Shown one piece after another: positions 29,970 to 39,914 of a stretch of 64,000 bases of DNA; the stretch's first letter is position 1; every line of letters starts with the position of its first letter. Where the stretch lies: IMG/VR virus record IMGVR_UViG_2728368993_000001, positions 32,001 through 96,000 of that record. One strand, given 5' to 3'. The notes beneath the pieces are model-generated. The model had not been told where the DNA came from, made no database searches, and worked only from the letters and a program-made list of their open reading frames with translations. Made by a program: the position numbers and the translations under genes. This DNA is from a virus (lineage: Duplodnaviria > Caudoviricetes).

Positions 29970-31757
29970 TTATTCTTCTCCTCTTTTTAAAAAGTCAGGA
30001 TGAAGCATTTCAAGAAAATTCAACAGTAATCGCTTTTCAAAAATAATGATGGCTCTACACTGATCCGCTGTTTTAATCGGGATATACTCCTTATGAGCGA
30101 TTGTATTGCGATAAGTAACTATTTTTTCCAATTGCTCTTTTAAAATTCTTTTTTCCCTAGATTGGAAGATGGCAGCATCCTCTTTTAAAATTCCAATCTC
30201 TTCAACAATTTCTTTTATGGTAATGGAATCACCAAACCATTCCCAGCCATCAAATAATATATGAAGGATAGAACCAAAGGTAAAGAGTCTGATTTTTAAG
30301 GAATTTTTGGTCTTAAATACCATAGTGTTCGGCCATTTATTAAGTTTAGACTTCCCTATATTAATCTTACAGTATTCTTCGATTGGTTGATGGATTTTGC
30401 AATAGAATTCAAATTCAAGGGCTTTTGTTAAATTAATGACGGCTGGTGAAAAATCAAGGGTTTCTCTGAATGCTTCATGATCCATACTTTTATAAATAAA
30501 TTCTGATGTAATGATAAATTGTTTTGTATCAGGTTCTAAAAATACCCAATAATCCCCAAAGAAATCGAATAGTTCCTTCTCAATTTCTTTAATTTGCTCT
30601 TTTGGTATTTTTGTGTGGAACTTGTTGATGTTTAACACCCAATCTTCAATTCGCTGTATACTTTCTTCTGTTGAACAATCCTCTAATTCCAAGAGTTCTC
30701 GGAGTCTTCCTAAATTATTAGACAAACGTTTATATTCATTTTGAAGGGCAGTTATTTGAATATAACTCTTTAGAATATTTCTGTATGAAAAATCCTTTAC
30801 CGGCATGGAGTCCAAGGCATCATTGGTAATTATACTGAATGGACAGCTGTAACTGTTCAATCTCTCCTTTGATACTTTAATGGCCTCTTCTGAGGAGTCG
30901 ATTCCAATCCAACGCCTGCCCATGTTTCCTGCAGCCACTAAAGTACTGCTGGAACCTGAAAAAGGATCCAAGATGACCTCATCAGGATGAGAGCCCATTT
31001 TGATAACCCTTTCCATTAGGGCCAAAGGTAGTTGTCCAGCATAATTAGTTATTTTTTCATGTGGAAGGGTTCTCATGTAAATATCGCCCCAGTCAGAACC
31101 AACCTCTTTTTCCTTTTCGTAATATTTTAAGGATGGGCTTCCTGTACGAGGATGGTAGTAAATGAGTCCTTCTTTATCAAGTTGATTTAGCTTTTCTTCG
31201 CTGTACTTCCAATAAAGTCGCTCCGTAGGTGTTACGCCTTTCCAGGTGAATTTCCGGTTGCCACTTAATTCTAGAGGAGTAAACAAAGTAACGGTAGTAA
31301 AGCGACCAACTTTGTCTTCTAGACGGTATTGTTTTTGTTCCTCTGTTGTAAGTGGCCGGGTAATTTTGTTTAAATTATACTTCCCGGAGTTGCTGTAAAT
31401 TAATAGAGTTTGATGGTCAGGACGAAGTGATTTGGTGTTGCCAAAAAACACGTGTTTGAGTTTAATTTCTAACGGCTGTTCCTCCTGCTCAAAAACTTGG
31501 TCTAAAATAAATCTAAAATTAATAGAGGAGGCTGGAATATGATAAAAGAATACTAGCCCATCTTCTTTTAAGACCCTTCTAATTTGCTGAAAGACTTTGG
31601 AATAATATTCTGATATTACTTCTAGCAATCCATCCGTTTTACTCATCCAATCTCCTAAATAGGCAGGTGGATCTAAGAACACAAGTGAAGCAACCCTTCC
31701 ATCCATTCTCTCCAAGACTTTTAACGAATCTGCCCAAAACAAAGCGTTTTCATGCAT
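29970..31757 (-). CDS. N4/N6 DNA methyltransferase-like domain fused to a coiled coil and a HEPN-like domain
   Basis: FLDPPAY (motif IV variant), ILDPFSGSSST (motif I), RRWIGID; C-terminal DFSPAVINLTKALE...YRNTIAH (RxxxxH). Confidence 0.75.
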   Translation of the reverse strand: MHENALFWADSLKVLERMDGRVASLVFLDPPAYLGDWMSKTDGLLEVISEYYSKVFQQIRRVLKEDGLVFFYHIPASSINFRFILDQVFEQEEQPLEIKLKHVFFGNTKSLRPDHQTLLIYSNSGKYNLNKITRPLTTEEQKQYRLEDKVGRFTTVTLFTPLELSGNRKFTWKGVTPTERLYWKYSEEKLNQLDKEGLIYYHPRTGSPSLKYYEKEKEVGSDWGDIYMRTLPHEKITNYAGQLPLALMERVIKMGSHPDEVILDPFSGSSSTLVAAGNMGRRWIGIDSSEEAIKVSKERLNSYSCPFSIITNDALDSMPVKDFSYRNILKSYIQITALQNEYKRLSNNLGRLRELLELEDCSTEESIQRIEDWVLNINKFHTKIPKEQIKEIEKELFDFFGDYWVFLEPDTKQFIITSEFIYKSMDHEAFRETLDFSPAVINLTKALEFEFYCKIHQPIEEYCKINIGKSKLNKWPNTMVFKTKNSLKIRLFTFGSILHILFDGWEWFGDSITIKEIVEEIGILKEDAAIFQSREKRILKEQLEKIVTYRNTIAHKEYIPIKTADQCRAIIIFEKRLLLNFLEMLHPDFLKRGEE

Positions 31758-32541
31758 AGATTTCCGTCCTTTTACTGTTTTTGTCTAGTTAATAGTTTAC
31801 TATTGATAATAGATTTGATTAAGGTCAAATGCAAGTGTTTCCAGTGCTACTCCCTCTATATAATTCCTGCCTGATGCTTCCGCTTAGCTGGGCATATATC
31901 CGGATGGTTTCACTTTTTTCATGACAGAAAAACTTGTATTGCTCACGTTAAATCCTTTTTTTATGATATTGTTAGGTAAATTGATGTTCTTTCCGGTCTC
32001 TTATTACCTGCTTTGATAGGATTAACGAACAAACTAAAAAGTTTTAGAAGGAAGCATTCTTTGCAAGAATGTGAGGAAATTCACTTAAACTAATGGATGC
32101 GTTAGTTGAAGAATAAAGAATAAAAAAAGTTTATTTCCTCAAACTGGAAACCGGCTTTTTTTATGGGTTGAGACTCCCTTAGCGTTGTAAATTCGCATTT
32201 CCCTGACTATATATTTGAACTTAGTTTCATTAAACCTACTTCTTTTTTAAGGGATTCAATTTATTAGTTCTATAATCCTCCCTATTTACAAATACTTCAT
32301 AAATCTGTGTTGCTAAATGTCCTGCTGCTCTTTTAAGAGTTGTATCATATACCTCAGCTGGAACTGCTTTGCATCGAAGTAAGTTAGTTGGTGGGCATAA
32401 GGGGTAACGATAATCTTAATTATTTGGATCTACAATATGTGGACTTTAGATAGTATTCCTATATTCTTAATTTAAGTAACCCCTTTTCTTCAAGAAAGTG
32501 GTTACTTAAATGGAATATTAAAATTATAATTACACAGCCCC

Positions 32542-33477
32542 TTAAAAATCCCCAGTACTTGACAGACGGCTTACTTTCTCATTAACTTTAGCCTGAATAC
32601 TCTCTCCAATACCCTTGATTAATTCAATTTTTTGGTTAATCGACCAGTTTTCATTAGAGATATCGTTACCATATCTATCTATAATATTCGGAATAGCTTC
32701 TAGCGCAACCATTAAAACAACTTTTGCAGTTAATTCTTCAGTGGGATCCATAAAATAATCCCCTAAGTAATTTTCAAAATTTATATCAATAGATCCACTT
32801 AGCTTTAGAAAAAGCTCAATCGTATGATTTTTATACTCTATAACAGGTTTTACATATGTGACTTCTTCGTTTTCAAAAAGAAACGCAAGGGTACTTAGTG
32901 CATTCATAATTCGGTTTCCGGATCCAATCACTTCAGCTAATTGATCATGTGATGACCCCTTAAATCCCACAATTTTCTTTATAACTAGATGTGAAGATTC
33001 ATCGATAGACTCATCAGTAGAGTTTAACACTTTAGAAATCATCCAGATAAATAAATCCTCGGTAATTTGAAAGGGATTACTTTTAATTTCTCCTTGACCA
33101 GTATAATTATTTATTTTTCTTAAAATAGTTTTTGTAGTATCATTATTAGATTTATTAGTAATATACTGTGTTCTTACATTATCAGAATAAACAATTATGT
33201 AACCTACTATTGAGTATATTCTTGAGGAACGCATTTCATTGGTTTCTTCTCCAGTTCTAACTCTTTCATATTCATATTTTATTATATTGTAATTAATCTC
33301 TGCGCCATTCAACTCTATCACTTTATTATTTTCAAATGACTTTGTAATATTGTATCGCAAATTTTCATTAGTTAATGGATCTGTAACTGAAATGTTCCAA
33401 TCATCGTAATTTAACATATTTGATATTATTTCTTCCATCGTTTTCTCTGTATTATCTGACCACCTAGATAAAGACAC
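32542..33477 (-). CDS. hypothetical protein, gene 3 of an AT-rich operon
   Basis: 311-aa ORF, 5 bp from the upstream gene. Confidence 0.75.
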   Translation of the reverse strand: MSLSRWSDNTEKTMEEIISNMLNYDDWNISVTDPLTNENLRYNITKSFENNKVIELNGAEINYNIIKYEYERVRTGEETNEMRSSRIYSIVGYIIVYSDNVRTQYITNKSNNDTTKTILRKINNYTGQGEIKSNPFQITEDLFIWMISKVLNSTDESIDESSHLVIKKIVGFKGSSHDQLAEVIGSGNRIMNALSTLAFLFENEEVTYVKPVIEYKNHTIELFLKLSGSIDINFENYLGDYFMDPTEELTAKVVLMVALEAIPNIIDRYGNDISNENWSINQKIELIKGIGESIQAKVNEKVSRLSSTGDF

Positions 33478-33482
33478 ATTAA

Positions 33483-34115
33483 TTACCCCTTTATTTCAAT
33501 TTTCAAACCTTGAAATTTAATTCTTCTTAAAGGATTTCTGTTCCCCTTTATTAGCTCAGGAATAATTTCAATTTTATTTTTTTCTTCAGCGTTGCCATTA
33601 CCAATTAAATCAATAGCTATTTCCTTGGTTTGATTGATTTCTTTTTGCTGATTGAACATTTTTTTCAAATTAAAAACATATTGATTGTGTTCATCTAATG
33701 AGGTCAAATAAGGTCGGCCTTTTATTTGCATATCTAGCCAATCTGGATAATTTAATACTATTTCAGCAGGAATGTTTTCCCTTTTCCCTTTAGCTGTTAT
33801 TTCTAATATTATTTTTTTATTTTCATTATGTTTTATCTTTACATTTTTAAGTTTATCTTCTGTATAAAATAATTTAATATCAATTGTAGTTTTTAAAGAA
33901 GAATAAAAATACATGATTGTAGATACAATTATTGAGAAAATAAAATTATAAATACCCAAATCCATAAACCATAGAAGTTTATCATTTTGTGAGTTAATGA
34001 ACTTTTCTGCAAGTGATATTTCAAAATAAAGTGGAATTATTGTGAATATAAGTACTATTAGATTTTTCAGATAATTTCTAAATTCTTTTTCAATATCTTT
34101 TTTTAATTCTGTCAT
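33483..34115 (-). CDS. hypothetical 2-TM protein, gene 2 of the operon
   Basis: Two N-terminal hydrophobic helices and a beta-rich C-domain; ATGA overlap with gene 1. Confidence 0.75.
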   Translation of the reverse strand: MTELKKDIEKEFRNYLKNLIVLIFTIIPLYFEISLAEKFINSQNDKLLWFMDLGIYNFIFSIIVSTIMYFYSSLKTTIDIKLFYTEDKLKNVKIKHNENKKIILEITAKGKRENIPAEIVLNYPDWLDMQIKGRPYLTSLDEHNQYVFNLKKMFNQQKEINQTKEIAIDLIGNGNAEEKNKIEIIPELIKGNRNPLRRIKFQGLKIEIKG

Positions 34116-34585
34116 GATAAATAATTATCTAAAACTTTCTCAAGAATTCCTTTAAAAATTAAATTTAATTTATTACCCATTATCAATCCGTTTGAATAAA
34201 CAGTATACGGATTTTTGTTATAATATAATTCAATGTTAAAAATATCTATTGAATTATTATCTAGAGCCCATTTTAAGAGTTCCTTTAAATTAATAAATTG
34301 TAAACGATCTTTTCTAATTTTTAACACTAAATTTTTTACATCAATTTTTAAATTTTCGTCTGTATTATCTGTGAAGTTAATACCTAATATGTATCCTTCG
34401 TTCATAATAATCGCATTTAAAATTTCTATCATTAATTCTGAATTAATGATTACTTGTTTATAACCTTTGGCTTTCATTCTTAATATAACTTCATGATATT
34501 TTTCTACATCTGGATTATAGGATTCCGTGCAAATATTCAGTTTATCATTAGAATATTTACGGAATATTTTTCCATATTCATCCAT
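34112..34585 (-). CDS. hypothetical protein, gene 1 of the operon
   Basis: RBS GAGGAG; 157 aa. Confidence 0.75.
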   Translation of the reverse strand: MDEYGKIFRKYSNDKLNICTESYNPDVEKYHEVILRMKAKGYKQVIINSELMIEILNAIIMNEGYILGINFTDNTDENLKIDVKNLVLKIRKDRLQFINLKELLKWALDNNSIDIFNIELYYNKNPYTVYSNGLIMGNKLNLIFKGILEKVLDNYLS

Positions 34586-34879
34586 AAAAAAACTCCTCTA
34601 AAAATCTATAGTATGTTACTTTAAATAATTTCCTATTCCAACTTGTAAAGTATACTACCCCAATGGTTTATTTTAAACCTAATTTGCTAAATTAATTTAT
34701 TCTACAACAAACTCATTTATCCTTTTTCTGAATTCTTTATTTTATATTAACAGATTTACGTTTCCCCTCTCAAACAAGAGAAGGGCTTATTTATTTTACA
34801 AAAATTTTACAAGGACTTTTATCCTAATCGTCAAATATAAATGGTGTAGGCTTCTAACTATTTATATAGGAGTGATTAA

Positions 34880-35155
34880 ATGGATAAGATTGGAGAACAT
34901 TTGTATTATTTATGGGAATTGATTTGGTATGGGTACGTAATTCATTTTTGGGATTGGTTTTGGTATTACCGCAGAGGGAAAATAAAATTTACTGTCTATG
35001 ATTTCGGAGATTATTATAATGTGTCGGCTTCGAACGGAAGATTGATTGTTTACAATGCTTACGGAAGTACAATAGAAGAGGCAAAGAAAATGGCGTTGTG
35101 GAGATTGCGAAACTCTAACAGTGATAAAAGTAGCGCCCCTATTCGTATAGAATAA
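34880..35155 (+). CDS. hypothetical Trp/Tyr-rich protein (moron)
   Basis: RBS AGGAG; 91 aa. Confidence 0.6.
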   Translation: MDKIGEHLYYLWELIWYGYVIHFWDWFWYYRRGKIKFTVYDFGDYYNVSASNGRLIVYNAYGSTIEEAKKMALWRLRNSNSDKSSAPIRIE

Positions 35156-35241
35156 GGGCTTTTACGTAAATCTCAGGGGAACATTATTATATTTCCCCTT
35201 CAACTATATGAACAAACATTAATTGAGTAAGATTTTTTATT

Positions 35242-36039
35242 TTATTTCCCTGTGATATAACCTCGGTCAATAGCAACGTATACCAACTCTAGAGCTTGAG
35301 CGACAGTTAATTCTCCCTTAGCTTGCTTCTCACGCCACTCTTTTCCTAGCGCCGGGTCTTTATTCTCGAAACGTGATAATACTCGTAATACTGCGTTAGC
35401 TGCTTCTTGCGTGCTCGGCTTAAATGGTTGACCCATTTCATCTTCCTCCTTTTCAACTGTTGCTGGTCTAACGATTGCCTTTGCGCTTAAATTCAAAAAC
35501 TTGGCCACACCTCGTGCATAGGCAGCAGCCATATCCTTGATGAAATTGTTATTCTTTAGCAATTCAGCATCTTTGGAGTCAATATAAGCTATTTCAGTTA
35601 ACACGGCAGACATGTTAGTTTGACGGACAACGGCAAGATTACCTTGTTTACTATCATCACCATGGGGGCCTAAACCGTATTTCTTAGCAGTAGCAAGAGC
35701 CTCCGCGTTGACTAGGCTTTGAAGTTTCACGGAACCAGCACTCGGTTTCGTGTAGATATAAGACTCGTAGCCTGTCCCTCCTCCAGCGTTCACATGGTTA
35801 GAGATAAATACATCCGCATTGGCTCTATTGGCAATATCAGCTCGTTCAGATAGTTCTAAAAAAACATCTATGGTCCGTGTAAGTGAGGTTTCATGCCTTG
35901 TATAATTTGCATCAAGGTATCTTTTCATTTCTTTTGAGATATCCAATGTGATATTTTTCTCTTGTAAGCCATTTCCAACTGCCCCGGGATCTTTTCCTCC
36001 GTGTCCTGAGTCAATAATAATTTTCACCATATTAATCAC
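35242..36039 (-). CDS. endolysin, N-acetylmuramoyl-L-alanine amidase
   Basis: Amidase_3 motifs; catalytic domain closely similar to 5852-6628. Confidence 0.92.
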   Translation of the reverse strand: MINMVKIIIDSGHGGKDPGAVGNGLQEKNITLDISKEMKRYLDANYTRHETSLTRTIDVFLELSERADIANRANADVFISNHVNAGGGTGYESYIYTKPSAGSVKLQSLVNAEALATAKKYGLGPHGDDSKQGNLAVVRQTNMSAVLTEIAYIDSKDAELLKNNNFIKDMAAAYARGVAKFLNLSAKAIVRPATVEKEEDEMGQPFKPSTQEAANAVLRVLSRFENKDPALGKEWREKQAKGELTVAQALELVYVAIDRGYITGK

Positions 36040-36087
36040 CTCATGTTTTATTTATATGAACAAAAAAAGCCATCCGTGTGGACAACC

Positions 36088-36300
36088 TCATTTCCCCTTT
36101 TTCTTTTTAAACCAGCCTGTATGAGTGTTCTTCCACACTGCATACACGTTAATAGCAAGAGCAACCAATGCAGAAATAACAAGCACGAAAGCGTTAATAC
36201 TCGCCTCAGTAAACCAGTCAAACTTAATCCCAATTGTTCCAAAGAAAAAAAGAAGGGCTGTAAGGAACCCTCCTAGTAACGTGAATACATCCTTTTTCAC
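36088..36300 (-). CDS. small holin
   Basis: 2 TM; YAVWKNT motif; basic tail; located upstream of the amidase. Confidence 0.75.
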   Translation of the reverse strand: MKKDVFTLLGGFLTALLFFFGTIGIKFDWFTEASINAFVLVISALVALAINVYAVWKNTHTGWFKKKKGK

Positions 36301-36301
36301 T

Positions 36302-36574
36302 TCAATGTCCTCCTTTTAAAACGTTATAAAAAATAGCGATAGCCCCGCCGATTATACCGGTGCTGATCGCAGTAACAATAGCTGCAGTTATCGTCCTTTT
36401 TATCCAAGTAGTGTTATCATCAATTTTATTGAGTTTTTCAGCCATTGAGATAATCTGTTGATCATGCCTATCTGATGTTCTTTCTAAAACATTGACCCTA
36501 TTTTCAAGTGATTTAACATCACTCTTAACTTCTGTTATCTCTTTATCATGCGTGTTCATTGCAGTTCCCTCCAA
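36302..36574 (-). CDS. XhlA-family lysis protein
   Basis: Coiled coil + KIDDNTTWIKRT + C-terminal TM. Confidence 0.8.
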   Translation of the reverse strand: MEGTAMNTHDKEITEVKSDVKSLENRVNVLERTSDRHDQQIISMAEKLNKIDDNTTWIKRTITAAIVTAISTGIIGGAIAIFYNVLKGGH

Positions 36575-36662
36575 TGTCCTTCGCCCCCTTTTAACATAAA
36601 ATTCTCTCTATCTGTGTATGTCTAGGTTGTTTTGCATATAAAAAAGCCATCCGAATGGACAG

Positions 36663-37859
36663 CTATCGTTTTGCCAATTTAATCTGTTTACTAGGTTTAA
36701 GTTGTTTGCTAGGTGTATTCGCTAGTTGAAATGGCTCATAAGCTGAAGCAGCTGAACCTTCTTCTAGCTGAATGGAATTTAAGTCGGCATACCCATCAGC
36801 ATTCCTGTCACCTGTATCAATATAAATGTACTTGATCGGCTTATTTTCCGTTGTAAATGTGAGGATCGTTTCACTATAGTTATTTAAACATTCACCCGGA
36901 ATAGTCGACGTATTATCCGCATAGAAAATAGTTACTTTGTTAAAATACGTTGTTCTTTTGAATCTACCTCTAAGTGTGTATGTTGTATTAGGCTTTATCT
37001 TATCCGATAAAATTAAAGGCGTTCCCGTTAATACGCCTGTGCCTATACCATAATATCCATTGAAGCGCAGGACATTTTTCCCGCTTTCTGTGGTTCTTAA
37101 CACCCATTCCGATTCGTTGAATAAATTCTTTTTCGGAACCTTAACAGCACTTTTGTTTACGCCCACGTAGGGTTCGTAGGCGGTTGCAACTGAACCCTTT
37201 TCTATTTGAATATCTTTTACAAAATTAAATATATCTGTTGACTGATGATGTCCGAAGTACAACTTATTCCCTCTTGGTTTAATAGTGAATCCAGAGTTTT
37301 GTATAATTCCTGCGTTTACATGTGCAATCCATCTAGGAGTACCCGCGCCAGTGGATATATTATCGTTCACAATTAGATAGCGGCTTTCAAATCCTGGTGA
37401 GCGTTTAAAAGTTACAACGTAATTTACATTTGGTTCCACATCTACTTCCACCCAATAATACGCAACTGCTAAATACCATTTTGTTGTATCGTAAAACGAG
37501 TCATTCCATAGATTCTTTTTCGGCATTTTCTTAACAATCATAGGTTTTTCGACTATTTGAATGTCTTGGATAACGATATCACCTTTGGATTTAAGATCGT
37601 AAAAATAAACGAAATCACCCGTTTTAATCGTTCTCTCAAATCTATATTCTTTGAATTCCTCAGTTAAAGTGAGAGTGTGAAACTGTTTATTATCAACCAA
37701 ATACCACAATTCTAATTCAGCTTTGCTTGGCGACTTAGCTTTAAATGACACTACGAGATCAGAAAATCTATTGCTGTTGGCTATTTTATTATTCCATCCA
37801 GTAGGTAAAGGGTTATAGCTGGTAGGTTGTCCACCAGCTTCCCATAGATTAATAGCCAT
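36663..37859 (-). CDS. phage protein with repeated carbohydrate-binding-like modules
   Basis: Repeats PKKNL(W/F)N ... IQ(I/L)E(K/E)GS.A(T/S)AYEP. Confidence 0.65.
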   Translation of the reverse strand: MAINLWEAGGQPTSYNPLPTGWNNKIANSNRFSDLVVSFKAKSPSKAELELWYLVDNKQFHTLTLTEEFKEYRFERTIKTGDFVYFYDLKSKGDIVIQDIQIVEKPMIVKKMPKKNLWNDSFYDTTKWYLAVAYYWVEVDVEPNVNYVVTFKRSPGFESRYLIVNDNISTGAGTPRWIAHVNAGIIQNSGFTIKPRGNKLYFGHHQSTDIFNFVKDIQIEKGSVATAYEPYVGVNKSAVKVPKKNLFNESEWVLRTTESGKNVLRFNGYYGIGTGVLTGTPLILSDKIKPNTTYTLRGRFKRTTYFNKVTIFYADNTSTIPGECLNNYSETILTFTTENKPIKYIYIDTGDRNADGYADLNSIQLEEGSAASAYEPFQLANTPSKQLKPSKQIKLAKR

Positions 37860-37861
37860 AT

Positions 37862-38092
37862 TTATTCACCATCAATCGAAAGTAAATATTCAGCCGTATC
37901 ACCATTAATAACCTCGTTTGGATTCGCTTTGTTGTAAGTAGAAACTAGATAGAATGTATCGCATACAGGCTGTACATGAGTTGGTTCAAACGCTTCTAGA
38001 ATGGCGATTAGCTTATCTTTAATTGTTACCTCTTTGGCTGGTGCCAATTCCATAATTCCATTTACATGTGGTGGTTCGTAATAGATTGTCAT
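37862..38092 (-). CDS. hypothetical phage protein
   Basis: 76-aa ORF with RBS, tightly packed. Confidence 0.6.
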   Translation of the reverse strand: MTIYYEPPHVNGIMELAPAKEVTIKDKLIAILEAFEPTHVQPVCDTFYLVSTYNKANPNEVINGDTAEYLLSIDGE

Positions 38093-38104
38093 ACTGTTAC
38101 CCCC

Positions 38105-38590
38105 TTATGCTTTTAAGTAAATCCAAGCGTTCATCGTATGTGCTACTGTGTCTTGATTTGAAAGTCCAACTCTAACAAATCGTGCGCCTATTTCATAAAC
38201 AGCTTTCTTAGTTGTTGTAGTACTTTGAGGTATATTATCAAATCCGGCTTCGTTCACACCATCAGGAGAGTAATAAACATACACGATAGAGTTAGCAGGT
38301 CCATCGTTCTTGAACGTAATTCCTATCTTGTCAAACCCGTCTGTGTCGAACCAAGCGCTTTGACTAAGTCCACTAGCAGGTACACTAACTGCGGCATGCG
38401 TTTGAATAGTCTTTTGATAGTGTCCTTGAATGTCAACAGGTTGCATGATTGCACTATCTTTTAACGAGCTAGGAATTGGATTATTTTCTCCTGTTAATAC
38501 CATCGATCCGTCTTTTTTTTCATGTTGCGGCAGGGGGACAGCTATCCCGTATAAATAAGTAAAAAGTATATCTTTTATTTTCTTGGGCAT
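38105..38590 (-). CDS. hypothetical phage protein
   Basis: 161-aa ORF with RBS GAGGTG. Confidence 0.65.
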   Translation of the reverse strand: MPKKIKDILFTYLYGIAVPLPQHEKKDGSMVLTGENNPIPSSLKDSAIMQPVDIQGHYQKTIQTHAAVSVPASGLSQSAWFDTDGFDKIGITFKNDGPANSIVYVYYSPDGVNEAGFDNIPQSTTTTKKAVYEIGARFVRVGLSNQDTVAHTMNAWIYLKA

Positions 38591-38657
38591 GTGATCACCT
38601 CATTAATTAATTGGAAAAATGGTATAAAAAATACACCTATTTAGTAGGTGCATAAAA

Positions 38658-39215
38658 TTAATCAACCTCTATGTTATTTTGCCAGACAATTACCCATTCA
38701 ATATTGTTTCCATGTAGAGTAGAACTGTAGTTTAATAATCCTGCTGTGAAACTGTGTTCACCTTGTTCTAAAAGAACATAAGAAAACGGCTCTGTCCCAT
38801 CTGTAGCTGATATTGAAAGCTTTGTTGTCGGATCATCCCAGTTTATTGAACCGTTCAAACCTGTTACTTTTATAAATTTTCCCTCTTCCAAAAATTGTCC
38901 AGAAACAGTTCCTTTTGCCCACTTTAAAGGGTAATTTTCTTTAATCAATTTCAAAACCTTTTTATCAATTGAGTTCTCTGCCTGATCTATACCTCGTTCT
39001 ATCCCTTTACTAATAGAAGTTTTCACTAAAAAATATAGAGCTATCCCAACAGCACTAACTGAGGCAACTATTATTCCTAATACAGAATAAAACCAATAAA
39101 TATTATTATTGATATTCTCTTGAAAAAGCGACACATTGTCTTGTAAACCTTCAAATCTTAATTCTAAATCCCTAATTTTTGTGGCTAATTCCTCTGTTTT
39201 CATAACTTCCTCCAC
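38658..39215 (-). CDS. single-TM moron protein flanked by terminators
   Basis: Coiled coil + TM; hairpins at about 38626-38651 and about 39390-39413. Confidence 0.65.
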   Translation of the reverse strand: MEEVMKTEELATKIRDLELRFEGLQDNVSLFQENINNNIYWFYSVLGIIVASVSAVGIALYFLVKTSISKGIERGIDQAENSIDKKVLKLIKENYPLKWAKGTVSGQFLEEGKFIKVTGLNGSINWDDPTTKLSISATDGTEPFSYVLLEQGEHSFTAGLLNYSSTLHGNNIEWVIVWQNNIEVD

Positions 39216-39445
39216 CCCGTAAACTATTACAAGGTGAGTATATCACTTTGAATAAGAAATAAAAAGTTGGAGCTAAACATAACAGCATATACAAAACCAT
39301 TAATAAAAGAGAAATATTGTAATAGTTTGTAATCCAATTCAATTTATTCTCCATCCTTCTTTTAATTCACTTTATGAGAATTTCGGCATAAAAAATACAC
39401 CTCATTGGGTGTTTGGTTTGTTGCATATAATTTTCCTGTTACGCA

Positions 39446-39601
39446 TTAAGCTACTCGTTGATTATCCATTAAACCTTTTAATTCTGTGTATTGCGCTGGT
39501 GAAATTCGGTTTCCTAAAAGGTAAACGTCTAATTTATTAAGCATGTTAGTATACTCGTAATTTCCACCTTGAATAACTTGTTTTGATAATGAGTAAATCA
39601 T
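39446..39601 (-). CDS. XkdX-like small protein
   Basis: RBS GGGAGG; KLDVYLLGNRISPAQYTELKG. Confidence 0.6.
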   Translation of the reverse strand: MIYSLSKQVIQGGNYEYTNMLNKLDVYLLGNRISPAQYTELKGLMDNQRVA

Positions 39602-39614
39602 TTTCGCACCTCCC

Positions 39615-39914
39615 TTAAATTCCGTTTCTTATTTCAGTTAGTACCGCGATATATTCTATGTTCAATAGAATTTGCGCTTGAAATTCCTCTTGCGATATGG
39701 ATTTTTCTGACGGTGTGTATCCTTCAATCACGACGTATTCTTGAATTAACTTCTTTGTGGCAGAATCCCATGTATCGGAAATCCGAAACCCTTCTTTTTC
39801 TGGTAATAAAGCCACGTTTCCGATATCTATTTCGTTAATTTTTGATGAGTCATATGGGATTTTAGAACTAGAAACAGTTACTAATTCATTTGTTTTTGTC
39901 ACATATACAATCAT
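39615..39914 (-). CDS. tail fibre-associated small protein
   Basis: ATGA overlap with the upstream gene; EFQAQILLNIEYIA C-terminus. Confidence 0.55.
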   Translation of the reverse strand: MIVYVTKTNELVTVSSSKIPYDSSKINEIDIGNVALLPEKEGFRISDTWDSATKKLIQEYVVIEGYTPSEKSISQEEFQAQILLNIEYIAVLTEIRNGI

